Assembly (NCBI GenBank): GCA_045655865.1
Contig: JAZOQB010000007.1
Coordinates: 1 to 60,011 of the forward strand
Direction: 5' to 3'
Source: Eubacteriales bacterium
GTDB lineage: Bacteria > Bacillota > Clostridia > Oscillospirales > SIG627
DNA: 60,011 bases
This document shows, piece by piece, positions 38,493-48,089 of this stretch (positions are counted from its first letter, which is position 1; every line of letters begins with the position of its first letter). The notes beneath the pieces were generated by a model. The model had not been told where the DNA came from. It saw only the letters and a program-made list of their open reading frames with translations, and did not search any database. A program made the position numbers and the translations under genes.

Positions 38493-38745
38493 GTTTTTTC
38501 TGTCTCCTTTTTTCTGTCTCCTTTTTCTTTCGACGAATCCGGTTTTTTTCCAGAGTGGAGATCGGTTTCGCCTCTTTCAGCTTCGCCTCTTCCAACGCTC
38601 TGGGCCATGGGCCTAAGGCGCTTTTGATCCGTGCCACGTCTTCCGGCGGAAAATCTTCTTTTTTCGGGAGTCGGCCAAGGATTGCGGCCTTTTCCTGTAA
38701 AAGAAGAACGGCCCGCTGTACTTGATTTTTTTTCATATTTTGCAT
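38467..38745 (-). CDS. Small basic protein resembling a homing-endonuclease-associated repeat
   Basis: LGRLPKKEDF...IKSALGPWPRALEEAKL; GAAAGG RBS before ATG 38745; overlaps the next gene. Confidence 0.7.
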   Translation of the reverse strand: MQNMKKNQVQRAVLLLQEKAAILGRLPKKEDFPPEDVARIKSALGPWPRALEEAKLKEAKPISTLEKNRIRRKKKETEKRRQKKHETNSSNS

Positions 38746-38779
38746 AAAAAAAAGTGCCTTTCCAAAAAATGAAAAGCAC
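38746..38779 (-). terminator. Riboswitch expression platform: SD-sequestering hairpin with U8 tail
   Basis: Minus strand GTGCTTTTC-8-GAAAGGCAC-TTTTTTTT-ATG. Confidence 0.65.
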
Positions 38780-38859
38780 AACAAAATCGGCCCGGAAAGG
38801 ATAGACCTCTCCCTGGCGGTTTCGGCTGCGCTTCTTCTCGTCCAAGACGAACCAAATAT

Positions 38860-38980
38860 AAAATGCGGCAGTGTTCTGGCTGAAAGCTTGTGCTTTTTCA
38901 CAGTAATGACGGTTGCTCCGGATTTTCACCGGATTTCCATTTTGATCTACCGGAGATCTCTCTCCCTCGAACCGCATTTT
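38860..38980 (-). promoter_or_regulatory. Cobalamin riboswitch (short form)
   Basis: AATGGAAAT-CCGGTGAAAATCCGG-AGCAACCGTCATT-ACTGTGA...AGCCAGAACACTGCC (B12-box-like); closing stem AAAATGCGG/CCGCATTTT; upstream of a CbrT-like ECF operon. Confidence 0.9.
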
Positions 38981-38998
38981 GTAATTTAATTTTTCTTT

Positions 38999-39027
38999 AT
39001 TGTATAGACTGTTCCGTGTTTTGTCAA
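38999..39027 (-). promoter_or_regulatory. sigma-A promoter of the B12 operon
   Basis: TTGACA-17-TACAAT. Confidence 0.85.
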
Positions 39028-39107
39028 GCAAGAATTGCAAAACAGTGGATTTTGCATTTCTTTTGTGCTATACTTCAAGATAAGGATTACAAAATAAGGA
39101 GCAGGAC

Positions 39108-39752
39108 ATGAAGGTATTGGAGTTGACCCACACCATCCGGCAACTGATGCCGGTCTATCCGGGAACGAAACCTCCTGTTTTGGAAGAGGTCTTTGGTCAT
39201 GAAAAGCACGGCTTCCGGGAAACCAAGATCTCTCTGTACAGCCACACCGGCACCCACATCGATCCGCCGGCCCACCTGTTTCCCGGACGCAAGACCCTGG
39301 ATCTGTTTTCACCGGAACAGTTCATCGGAAAAGCGCTGGTGATCGATTGCCGCAGTGTTGTGCCGGAAGAAAAGATTACCATGGAAAACCTGCATCCCTA
39401 TAAAGAGATGACGCCGAAGGCGGATTTTCTCCTGTTTTGCCTTGGCTGGGATCGGTTTTGGGGAAAAGAGGAATATTTCCACGGCTATCCTTGCATGGAT
39501 GAAAATGTCCTGGATTTTATTCTCCGAGGAAACTATAAAGGCGTGGGTTTTGACACCATGAGTCCGGACCCGGTTGGGGACACCACGCTTTCCCGGCACA
39601 GGCGTCTTTTGGGTGAGAGAGACATGATCATTATTGAGAATCTCAAGAATCTGTCTCTGTGTGGAAATGGGCTTTTTTGCTTCAGTTGTTTTCCGTTGAA
39701 GACGGAAAACTCCGACGGCTCTCCCGTTCGGGCGGTGGCCTGGTGGGAATAA
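39108..39752 (+). CDS. Cyclase family metal-dependent hydrolase (kynurenine formamidase-like)
   Basis: HTGTHIDPPAH, GFDTMSPD, IIIENL, DGSPVRA; AGGAG RBS. Confidence 0.92.
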   Translation: MKVLELTHTIRQLMPVYPGTKPPVLEEVFGHEKHGFRETKISLYSHTGTHIDPPAHLFPGRKTLDLFSPEQFIGKALVIDCRSVVPEEKITMENLHPYKEMTPKADFLLFCLGWDRFWGKEEYFHGYPCMDENVLDFILRGNYKGVGFDTMSPDPVGDTTLSRHRRLLGERDMIIIENLKNLSLCGNGLFCFSCFPLKTENSDGSPVRAVAWWE

Positions 39753-39766
39753 AAGAATAAAAAAGA

Positions 39767-39800
39767 AGAAGGCAGGCGAGAAAAGCGCCTGCCTTCTTTC
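39767..39800. terminator. Bidirectional terminator
   Basis: AGAAGGCAGGCG/CGCCTGCCTTCT stem between convergent genes. Confidence 0.85.
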
Positions 39801-39802
39801 TG

Positions 39803-41482
39803 TCATTTTTGGATCAAGCGGATCTTTTGCAGGATCCTTAATATTTTGTCTCCCTTGGGGAGCATGAGAACGTCTTCTTTTTCAAAACCTCGGATCCGGA
39901 AAAGTACCACAACGTAAATCATTCCTGCTATCAGGATGCTCAGAACGGTTGCCAGAGAAGGGGAGAGCAAGCGACTGAGAAGAAAATTGCCTAAAAGGGC
40001 CGAGATTCCGCATATTGCTGCGCTGATGAAAGGCCGCATGAGGACTTTACGGAAACTGAGACGGTAATTGACATAGCGGGATAAAAAGTACATGTTAAAC
40101 AGGAACATGATCAAATAGCAAAGCAGAGTGGAAACGGGGATCCCGTAATGACCAACACTGGGAATTGAGATGAGAAACCAAACGGACACGGCTTTGGCAC
40201 CCACACCGCAGAAGGTAGAGAGGATACTCTTTTTCTCGTGACCGGAAGCTTGGAGCATGGCGCCGCTGACGCTGATGAGCCCGGAAAAGACGATGGCCGC
40301 GGCCAAAATGGAAAGCATGGGCGCTACGGCATCGTTGGAGAGGACTCCGTTCCCCAGGGCATCCAGATAAATTATCTCGTTGGAGGAAAAGAGAAGATCA
40401 ATGATGGGCTTTGCTAAGATTCCAAGTCCGAAAGCCGCAGGAAGACAGATCACGGAAACGATGCGGAAGGTGAAGTCCATGGTTTTCTTTAAGGCGTTTC
40501 GGTCTTGGGAGGCATCAGCGGAGCTGATGGCGGGAATGATGCTGATGGCAAAGGGATAGATGATGGTGGGAGCCAGGTTAAACAGGGTTACTGCCTTTGC
40601 CATATACGCGCCGTAAAGGGTGATTGCCACCGGGGCGGCGCCTTGACTGATCAGCGCTGTGGAATTGGCAACGGCAACCCAGGTCTGATTCATCCTTCTC
40701 ACGGCCAGCATGGAGTCGATGACGCTTGTCAGCGACATGACGCTGGAGGCGACGGTGATGGGGATGGCAATGGAAATAAGTTCTTTTGCAATGCATTTTC
40801 GACTTCTCTCCGGGCCTGTTCCAAGACCGACTTCCCGATCTCGATTGCCTACCCATTTGGCAAAGCACATGTAAAGGGCGGAGATTACCATACCTAAGGT
40901 CACACCGCTCAAAGCCCACGCGGCCACAACTGCCGGGCCTGCGCCGGCGCGTTTTGCCAGGACACCTGCGGTAAGCCCTACCAGAAGGTTGCCAAGAACT
41001 TCAATGACCTGAGAGACGGCAGTGGGCGTCATGTTTTGGTGCCCTTGGAAATACCCCCGCACACAAGAGACCAGACACACAAAGAACATGATCGGGGAGA
41101 TGGCTTTCAAGCAGAGGGCCAGATCCGGCTCTTCCGGGATGGTGGCGATCATATCCGCTCCGAAAAAGAGGAAGGCCGTTCCCACAAAGCCCACGACAAC
41201 AAAGATCAGAAGGCTTACGCGGTAAATTTGATCTACTTCCTTCGTATTTCCTTTTGCCCGGGCTACGGCGATCATGCGCGAAATGGCCACCGGAAGGCCC
41301 GCAGTGGAAATGAGAAAACACATGGCGTAAATGGAATATGCAGAATTAAAGTACCCCATGGCGGTGTCACCGATGACGTTGGCCAGGGGGATCTTAAATA
41401 ATGCACCCACCACTTTGACGATGATGTTGGATAGCATTAAAATCAGTGCACCAAATACAAAACCTTGCTTTTTCTTTGACAT
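39803..41482 (-). CDS. MOP-superfamily flippase (YtgP/MurJ-SpoVB 'polysaccharide biosynthesis protein')
   Basis: FVFGALIL, FKIPL, STAGLPVAISRMI, RGYFQG, PTAVSQVIE; many TM helices. Confidence 0.9.
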   Translation of the reverse strand: MSKKKQGFVFGALILMLSNIIVKVVGALFKIPLANVIGDTAMGYFNSAYSIYAMCFLISTAGLPVAISRMIAVARAKGNTKEVDQIYRVSLLIFVVVGFVGTAFLFFGADMIATIPEEPDLALCLKAISPIMFFVCLVSCVRGYFQGHQNMTPTAVSQVIEVLGNLLVGLTAGVLAKRAGAGPAVVAAWALSGVTLGMVISALYMCFAKWVGNRDREVGLGTGPERSRKCIAKELISIAIPITVASSVMSLTSVIDSMLAVRRMNQTWVAVANSTALISQGAAPVAITLYGAYMAKAVTLFNLAPTIIYPFAISIIPAISSADASQDRNALKKTMDFTFRIVSVICLPAAFGLGILAKPIIDLLFSSNEIIYLDALGNGVLSNDAVAPMLSILAAAIVFSGLISVSGAMLQASGHEKKSILSTFCGVGAKAVSVWFLISIPSVGHYGIPVSTLLCYLIMFLFNMYFLSRYVNYRLSFRKVLMRPFISAAICGISALLGNFLLSRLLSPSLATVLSILIAGMIYVVVLFRIRGFEKEDVLMLPKGDKILRILQKIRLIQK

Positions 41483-41512
41483 ATCTTCTCCTTAATAGTC
41501 AAATGGTTGGAA

Positions 41513-42934
41513 TCATACGATTTTCCCAATTTGAGCCATTTTCTGTAGCCTTATCTGGATCTCTTCCGGTCTGGAAAGATATTCATAAGGGTATTTTGGC
41601 CCTGCGATCCGCAGGATTCGCTCTCCTTTGTCTTCCGGTACGATTTTACTGATCCCTCCGGCTCCGCAAGCGAAAATATGACAAAGATCTTCCATCATGG
41701 CAAGATTGTAAATGCCGATCTTGTCATTTTTGGCAAAGCCAAGGTTCTCCAGATCTGCGGCAGCATTTTTTTGCCTGTATAGATAATATGGTCGCAGCCC
41801 CTGATTTATACAAAGACCGTAGGCCTGATCCGCGGCCTTAGGCCATTGCGGAGAATAGACGGGTATCTCTTGTCGGGAGGCGCTTTTTTTTCGGCAGAGG
41901 GCGTGGATGGTTAGGTTTTCCGGGGAAAGGGCCAGAACGTCATTTACACTTTGCAGAAAATCCCGGGGCGATTCTCCGGGAAGCCCTGCGATCAAATCGC
42001 AATTGACGCTGTCAAAGGAAAAGGTCCGCGCCAATTCCATTGCTTGAAAAAAGTCCTTTGCACTGTGGCGTCGGCCGATGCGCAAAAGGGTTTTATCGTG
42101 AACGGTCTGGGGGTTGATGCTGATCCGCTGGACCCCACCGACCGCCAAAACCTCAAGCTTTTCTCGGGTAATGGTGTCGGGCCGTCCCATTTCCACACAA
42201 AATTCCCGGCACTCTGTCAGGTCAAATTCCTCCCGGATCTGTCCGATAAGATCCTCTAGCTGTGCGGGGGATAAGATCCCCGGCGTGCCGCCGCCAAAGT
42301 ATACGGCCAACGGCTTTTTGCCATGATCCCGAAAAATTTTGGCAGTTGCTCTCAATTCTTCTTTCAGTAACGTCAAATACGACGGGATCAAAGAAAGGTG
42401 CTCCGGCGCGGAAGAGGAAATAAATGAGCAGTAGGAGCAGCGGCTGGGGCAAAAGGGAATGGATACGTATAGCATTACCTGACCTTTTCCCATTTTGCTT
42501 TTAAAAGCGCTTTCCTGCGTGGCCAAAAATTCCAGGAGGGCAGCCTTTTCCGGAGAAACCAGAAAATCGGTTTCCAAAAGGGATCGTACTTTTTCTCGGG
42601 AAAAACCGTGTTCTTGATAAAAAAGAGGAACTTTTACCGGCCGTACCCCTACCAAGGTTCCGTAGGGTGGACAATAGGAGGTAAAAGCCCGAGCCGCCCG
42701 TGCAAACGCGATCCCCAGGGCTGTGTTTTTTGCCCGGATAGGGTCCCGATGCCGGGAAAGATCGATCGTTTGCTGCTCTGTGGCTTTTTTTCCCTGGCTC
42801 TCCAAGGTCACTGTCACCGCTTTTTCGTCTGCTTTTGCTCTGACGCAAAGGTCAGGATGACCTTCGTGAAAAAAGAGAGAGGAGAGGTGGTAAAGAAAGA
42901 GGCGGCAGGCCTCGTTTTCTGCATAAAACTCCAT
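41513..42934 (-). CDS. hemZ: HemZ-like radical SAM protein
   Basis: YGTLVGVRPVK, YVSIPFCPSRCSYCSF, GGGTP, GRPDTIT, RISINPQT, PYYLYRQK. Confidence 0.92.
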   Translation of the reverse strand: MEFYAENEACRLFLYHLSSLFFHEGHPDLCVRAKADEKAVTVTLESQGKKATEQQTIDLSRHRDPIRAKNTALGIAFARAARAFTSYCPPYGTLVGVRPVKVPLFYQEHGFSREKVRSLLETDFLVSPEKAALLEFLATQESAFKSKMGKGQVMLYVSIPFCPSRCSYCSFISSSAPEHLSLIPSYLTLLKEELRATAKIFRDHGKKPLAVYFGGGTPGILSPAQLEDLIGQIREEFDLTECREFCVEMGRPDTITREKLEVLAVGGVQRISINPQTVHDKTLLRIGRRHSAKDFFQAMELARTFSFDSVNCDLIAGLPGESPRDFLQSVNDVLALSPENLTIHALCRKKSASRQEIPVYSPQWPKAADQAYGLCINQGLRPYYLYRQKNAAADLENLGFAKNDKIGIYNLAMMEDLCHIFACGAGGISKIVPEDKGERILRIAGPKYPYEYLSRPEEIQIRLQKMAQIGKIV

Positions 42935-43407
42935 TATAGTTCTTCGCTATCCACAAGAATGGTCACAGGCCCGTCCCCGGTGATCTCCACAATCATATCT
43001 CCGCCGAAAACTCCGGGGAAGATCCTGGGGCTTTTGGCACCGGGCGGGGTGAGAAGCGCGGCTTCCGCTTCCATTTTTTTCAAAAAATAGTCGTAAAGCT
43101 CTCGAGCAGGACCGAATTTCATCGCTTTCAGAAAGTCAGGGCGCCGGGAGGAGAGATTGGCGTAAAGGGTAAAGTTGGACACCACCAAAATATCTGCCTC
43201 CACGTCCACGGCGCTTCGGTTGAGTTTTCCCTGATCATCGGCAAAGATCCGCATTTTCAAAATCTTTTGGATGACCTTATCCGCAATTTCCTTTGTATCT
43301 GTGTCTGCCAGCCCCAGAAGAATACACATCCCCTTGCCGCACTGAGATATCACCGAGCCTTCGCAAAGAACGCCGGACTTTTTTGTCACCTGTAAAACCG
43401 CTCTCAT
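42934..43407 (-). CDS. dtd: D-aminoacyl-tRNA deacylase
   Basis: MRAVLQ, RIF-D, VSNFTL, RPDF, G-FG-DM, DGPVT; follows rel. Confidence 0.92.
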   Translation of the reverse strand: MRAVLQVTKKSGVLCEGSVISQCGKGMCILLGLADTDTKEIADKVIQKILKMRIFADDQGKLNRSAVDVEADILVVSNFTLYANLSSRRPDFLKAMKFGPARELYDYFLKKMEAEAALLTPPGAKSPRIFPGVFGGDMIVEITGDGPVTILVDSEEL

Positions 43408-45599
43408 GCGCCGCCTCCTACCAGGATCCGAAGGATCTCTTTGTTCTTTTTTAGTCGCTCAATGATGGCGTTCAAATGTTCTCTTCCCCGGATTTTGATG
43501 GTCATGGTGATCAAGCTGGTTCCGGGGGAAGAAATTTGGGTGTTCAGGGCGGAAATCGAGATCCTCATGTCCGCAAGAGTGGTAGAAATGGAAGAGATGA
43601 CACCGATGTTATCCGCTACGATAAGCTGTAAAACGGCGTTGTAGACATGAGATTGCATATCCCCGGCACTAGCCGACCAGGTGGCGTTGACCCAGCGATC
43701 TTTTTCTGCGCTTTGCAATCCTTCGACTGCGTGGGGGCAGCTGAATTTATGTACCGAGACGCCATACCCTCTGGTGATGTAGCCAATGATCTCGTCTCCG
43801 GGCAAGGGAGAGCAACATTTGGCAAATTTCACCTGGCAATTTTCAAGGCCTTCGATGATCACTCCGCTCTTGGAGTGCTTTTCCTCTTTTCTTTCCGTCT
43901 GGGTCTGTGTCACTTCCAGAGCTGCAGGAGTTTGCGAGGCCAGACTGCGCTCGATCTCGTCCCGTATCTTTACGTGGATCTTGGTTAAGGCGATCCCGCC
44001 GTAACCGATCGAATTATAGAGATCATCCAGACTGTCCAGCCCATGACGCTGAGCAATTCTGGCCATGATCTGCTCTTTGACTTCGTCTTTCAAGTCCTTT
44101 CGGATCTTGTCGAATTCTTTGTTGACTTCTGCACGGGCAAGTTGAATGTTTTCTTCTCGTTTTTCCTTTTTGTACCAGCCGCGGATCTTGTTTTTCGCCT
44201 CACCGCTCTTGACGATCTTGAGCCAGTCTCGGCTGGGACCTTTCGAAGCGGAAGAGGTGAGCACTTCCACGATCTGTCCGGTTTGGAGCACGGTGGTGAT
44301 GGGGGCAATGGAACCGTTGATCTTAATTCCCACCATTTTGTTGCCTACTCCGGAATGGATGGCATAGGCAAAATCGATTCCACAGGCGCCGGTGGGAAGA
44401 GAGACTACGTCTCCCTTGGGGGTAAATACGAAGATCTCGTCTTCGAACATGTCGATCTTTAAGGGACGCAGATATTCGTCCGGATCCATGGATTTTTGTT
44501 CGCTCTCCAGGAGCATGTGGATCCATTCCAGCTTTTTGGACATCCCTTCGCTACCCTGGGCGCCGCTTTTGTACTTCCAGTGTGCAGCGATTCCGTACTC
44601 GGCGATCTGGTGCATCTCCCGGGTGCGGATCTGTACTTCAAAGGGGATCCCGTCCCGACCGATGACCGTGGTGTGGAGAGAACGGTAGTTGTTGGGCTTG
44701 GGGTTGGAGATGTAGTCTTTAAAGCGCCCCGGCATGGAGTGATACGACTCATGGATCAGACCAAGGGCAGTGTAACAGGCCATCTCTGTGTCTACAATGA
44801 TGCGTACTGCATAAAAATCGTAGATCTGATCGAAGCTTTTGCTGGAACGGTAGATCTTTCGATAAATGGAATAGATGCTTTTGACCCTTCCCTGAATGGA
44901 AAAGTCCATTTCTTGATCTTGCATCTTTTCCCCGATCTCTTTCTGTACCCGTTCGATAAAGCCCAGGTTTTCCCCGTATTTTGTTTCGATCCACGTTTGG
45001 ATCTCTTTATAGCCGATCGGGTCCAGGTACTGCAGGCAAAGGCTTTCCAATTCCTGCTTGATCCTCTGGATACCCAAGCGGTGGGCCAGCGGTGCGTAGA
45101 CGTGCATGGTCTCCAGGGCAATGAGCCGCTGCTTGGATTCCAAGTGAGAGGAAAGGGTGCGCATGTTGTGAAGCCGGTCACAGAGCTTGATGAGGATCAC
45201 TCGAATGTCTCGGCTCATGGCCAAAAACATTTTTCTCAAATTCTCGATCTGCTCTTCTTCCTTGTCTTCAAAGGGGATGGCCACCAATTTTGTCAGTCCG
45301 TCTACCAGGATTTTCACATCGTTTCCAAAGGCCTCGCCGATTCCATCCAGGCTTTTTCCGGGGCAATCTTCTACAATATCATGAAGAAGGGCTGCACAAA
45401 TGGCGTCGGTATCCAGATTCAGCTCGGCGCAGATCTCCGCCACCGCCAAGGGATGAAAAATATATTCTTCTCCTGATTTGCGAAATTGCCCCCGGTGCGC
45501 CTCCTCTGCAAAGAGAAAGGCACGCTGGATTTTTTCTTTGTCGTATTTGTTTCCGCTTTCATCCAGGAGAGAAAAAAGACGTTTGGTATCAGCTGCCAT
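43404..45599 (-). CDS. relA: Bifunctional (p)ppGpp synthetase/hydrolase Rel
   Basis: RKSGEEY-HP, LLHDIVED, DRLHNMRTL, SLHTTV, EVQIRT, TGS domain, AKCC and ACT domain. Confidence 0.98.
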   Translation of the reverse strand: MAADTKRLFSLLDESGNKYDKEKIQRAFLFAEEAHRGQFRKSGEEYIFHPLAVAEICAELNLDTDAICAALLHDIVEDCPGKSLDGIGEAFGNDVKILVDGLTKLVAIPFEDKEEEQIENLRKMFLAMSRDIRVILIKLCDRLHNMRTLSSHLESKQRLIALETMHVYAPLAHRLGIQRIKQELESLCLQYLDPIGYKEIQTWIETKYGENLGFIERVQKEIGEKMQDQEMDFSIQGRVKSIYSIYRKIYRSSKSFDQIYDFYAVRIIVDTEMACYTALGLIHESYHSMPGRFKDYISNPKPNNYRSLHTTVIGRDGIPFEVQIRTREMHQIAEYGIAAHWKYKSGAQGSEGMSKKLEWIHMLLESEQKSMDPDEYLRPLKIDMFEDEIFVFTPKGDVVSLPTGACGIDFAYAIHSGVGNKMVGIKINGSIAPITTVLQTGQIVEVLTSSASKGPSRDWLKIVKSGEAKNKIRGWYKKEKREENIQLARAEVNKEFDKIRKDLKDEVKEQIMARIAQRHGLDSLDDLYNSIGYGGIALTKIHVKIRDEIERSLASQTPAALEVTQTQTERKEEKHSKSGVIIEGLENCQVKFAKCCSPLPGDEIIGYITRGYGVSVHKFSCPHAVEGLQSAEKDRWVNATWSASAGDMQSHVYNAVLQLIVADNIGVISSISTTLADMRISISALNTQISSPGTSLITMTIKIRGREHLNAIIERLKKNKEILRILVGGGA

Positions 45600-45655
45600 A
45601 TCTGCCTGACCATTCCTTTCTGGGTCTGAGAAATCGAAATTGATAATAATATTCT

Positions 45656-45684
45656 ATTATACATTGCTTTTCCAGAAAATACAA
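45656..45684 (-). promoter_or_regulatory. sigma-A promoter of rel
   Basis: TTGTAT-17-TATAAT. Confidence 0.75.
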
Positions 45685-45845
45685 GCCTCCCCCGCGATTT
45701 AAAAATGGGAAGACAAAGCTGCAGGATTTTTTTCGAATTTTGCCTTTTTGTCTTGCTTTTTTTTATTTTGGTGCTACAATCGACAATAGAAGATCGATGA
45801 GAAATGAACAGTAGATTTTCGCATCCGGAGGCCAGGAGGAACACT

Positions 45846-47231
45846 ATGCAGGCCAAGCATTCCATGAATTTAACGGAAGGATCGGTTTTTAAAAAGTTTC
45901 TTACCTTTTCTATTCCGATTCTTTTGTCCAATTTGTTGCAGCAACTTTTCCATGCCGCGGACGTGATGGTGGCGGGGAAATTCTCCCAAGATTCTGCTGT
46001 GGCTTTGGGGGCGGTAGGCGCTACCGGTTCCATCACAACTCTCCTTTTAAACCTCTTCCTGGGACTTTCCGTGGGAGCCAACGTGGTCTGTGCCAATCTC
46101 TACGGCGCAAAAAAGCAGAAGGATCTTCGCCGTGCCATGCACACCGCTATGATCGTGGCGGGGTTTGCAGGTGTTTTCATCGGAATCGTCGGATTTGTTT
46201 TCGCCAGACCGATCCTGACCCTCATGGGAACCCCGGATTCCATCTTAGATCAGGCCACTGTTTATATGAGGATCATCTTTTTGGGTCAGCCGGGCAGCTT
46301 GATGTACAATTTCGGTGCGGGAATTCTGCGGGCTCACGGAGATACCAAGCGTCCCATGTACGTGCTTTCTGCCTCTGGGGTTCTCAATGTCCTTTTGAAT
46401 CTTCTTTTTGTGATCGTGTTTCACCTGGACGTGGCCGGCGTGGCCTTGGCTACCATTATTGCCCACTATCTTTCCGCGGGAGTGGTTCTGCTCTTTCTTT
46501 TTCATCCCGGAGGAGATTACCAGCTGGAGCTTCGCAGCCTTTGTCTGGATCGGGAGCAGCTGGCGAAGATCGTCAAGATCGGAATCCCCTGCGGCTTGAA
46601 CGGAATGATGTTCAGCATTTCCAATGTGGTTGTGGTCTCTGCCATCAATTCTTTTGGAGACATGCAGGTAGCGGGCAATTCTGCTGCATACAGCGTGGAA
46701 TGTATCATTTATCAGATTTTGGGTGCCTTTTATAGCGCCTGCGTCAGCTTTTCCGGTCAAAATTTTGGCGTTAAGGACTTTCGCCGTATTGACCGGCTCC
46801 TTTGGCAGAGCACTCTCTGTGCCAATGCGTTGATTTTAGTGTCGGCGGTGGCCATCACTATTTCTCCCGTTTTTTTCCTTGGCCTTTTCACCGATGACGC
46901 CGAGGTGATCCGTCTTGGCATTCCCCGAATTCTCACGACTTCCTGGGGATATTTGCTCTATGCTGCTTCGGAAATGGCCATCGGATGCAGCCGGGGGATG
47001 GGGAAATCCACGGTTCCTGCGATCCTCAATGCATTTTTTGTCTGTGTTCCCCGATTGATCTGGGTGTTTGTGGTGATGCCCCTTACCAAGGGAAGCTACC
47101 AATTTTTGTTGCTTTGCTATCCGGTTTCTTGGATCCTTTCTTCCACATCGCAGCTGATCTGCTATTTTTATTACCGCCGGATCGAGACAAGAAAACACAG
47201 GGAATCTTTGGCATCGGCACAAGCTTTGTAA
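45846..47231 (+). CDS. MATE family efflux transporter
   Basis: LTEGSV, PILLSNLLQQLF-AAD, ALGAVGA, GDTKRP, GVALAT, GQNFG; AGGAGG RBS; upstream TTGCTT-16-TACAAT. Confidence 0.95.
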   Translation: MQAKHSMNLTEGSVFKKFLTFSIPILLSNLLQQLFHAADVMVAGKFSQDSAVALGAVGATGSITTLLLNLFLGLSVGANVVCANLYGAKKQKDLRRAMHTAMIVAGFAGVFIGIVGFVFARPILTLMGTPDSILDQATVYMRIIFLGQPGSLMYNFGAGILRAHGDTKRPMYVLSASGVLNVLLNLLFVIVFHLDVAGVALATIIAHYLSAGVVLLFLFHPGGDYQLELRSLCLDREQLAKIVKIGIPCGLNGMMFSISNVVVVSAINSFGDMQVAGNSAAYSVECIIYQILGAFYSACVSFSGQNFGVKDFRRIDRLLWQSTLCANALILVSAVAITISPVFFLGLFTDDAEVIRLGIPRILTTSWGYLLYAASEMAIGCSRGMGKSTVPAILNAFFVCVPRLIWVFVVMPLTKGSYQFLLLCYPVSWILSSTSQLICYFYYRRIETRKHRESLASAQAL

Positions 47232-47269
47232 GAAAAAAACAAGAATCTGTACCGAACGGACCGGCTTGT

Positions 47270-47300
47270 AAGGAGTAGCGTTTTGCGCTACTCCTTTTTT
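47270..47300 (+). terminator. Intrinsic terminator after the MATE gene
   Basis: AAGGAGTAGCG/CGCTACTCCTT followed by Ts. Confidence 0.85.
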
Positions 47301-47419
47301 CTTTGCGGCAGCAAATATTCTGAAAGTGTTGCATAAATCACGTTGTTTGCAAATGAGATTCGGGATAAAAAATAAAAGGAAAAAACTCGCGGAAAAAGGA
47401 AAAAACTCTGCAGATTGCC

Positions 47420-47448
47420 TTGACTTTTCCTCTTTTTTGCTATATAAT
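47420..47448 (+). promoter_or_regulatory. sigma-A promoter of plsC-ispH/rpsA
   Basis: TTGACT-17-TATAAT. Confidence 0.85.
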
Positions 47449-47477
47449 GATAGGCAATTGATTTTTGCGGAGGAAAT

Positions 47478-48089
47478 ATGGGGTTGTACGATCGTCTGGT
47501 GCGGATCATCCGCCCGCTTTTGCGATTTTTCTTCCCGGTTCGCTTTTTGAATTGCCCCCCCGCACTTTCTGAGGAAGGGCTAATCGTTTGCGCCAACCAT
47601 CTTTCGGATATCGATCCGTTGTTTTTGGCTATATCGCTTCCCCGCAATTTGACTTTTTTGGCAAAGCAGGAATTGTTTCGCGTTCCCGTTCTTGGAAAGA
47701 TCGTGGAGAAATGCGGGGTGATCCCCTTGTCTCGCAACGGTGGAGATGCCGCGAAATTGATGCAGGCGGTGCGTGAGTTGAAGAGCGGTAAGGTTCTTGC
47801 CATCTTCCCTCAAGGAACGCGTTGCCGCAGACCGCTTTCCCGAGAGGATTTTAAGGCTGGAGCCGGGATGATGGCGACCCTCTCCGGTGCCAAGATTCTG
47901 CCGGTAGGGATTTACACGAAAAACTATAAAGTGCGCCTGTTTCGCAAGACCATCGTTCAATTTGGGGAAGTGATGAGCGTCAATCCCCCAAAGGATATGG
48001 GAAAAAAAGAACAATCGGTTTTCGTCTCCGATTTGATTTTTTCGGAGATTGAAAAATTGGAAACGATCGCCCGGGAGGGTGAAAAGTGA
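47478..48089 (+). CDS. plsC: 1-acyl-sn-glycerol-3-phosphate acyltransferase
   Basis: ANHLSDID, FLAKQELF, IFPQGTR. Confidence 0.93.
   Translation: MGLYDRLVRIIRPLLRFFFPVRFLNCPPALSEEGLIVCANHLSDIDPLFLAISLPRNLTFLAKQELFRVPVLGKIVEKCGVIPLSRNGGDAAKLMQAVRELKSGKVLAIFPQGTRCRRPLSREDFKAGAGMMATLSGAKILPVGIYTKNYKVRLFRKTIVQFGEVMSVNPPKDMGKKEQSVFVSDLIFSEIEKLETIAREGEK

Noticed and set aside
47330-47355. TTGCA-N14-TGCAA inverted repeat upstream of plsC
   Set aside because: Short arms in AT-rich DNA; not distinguishable from chance.
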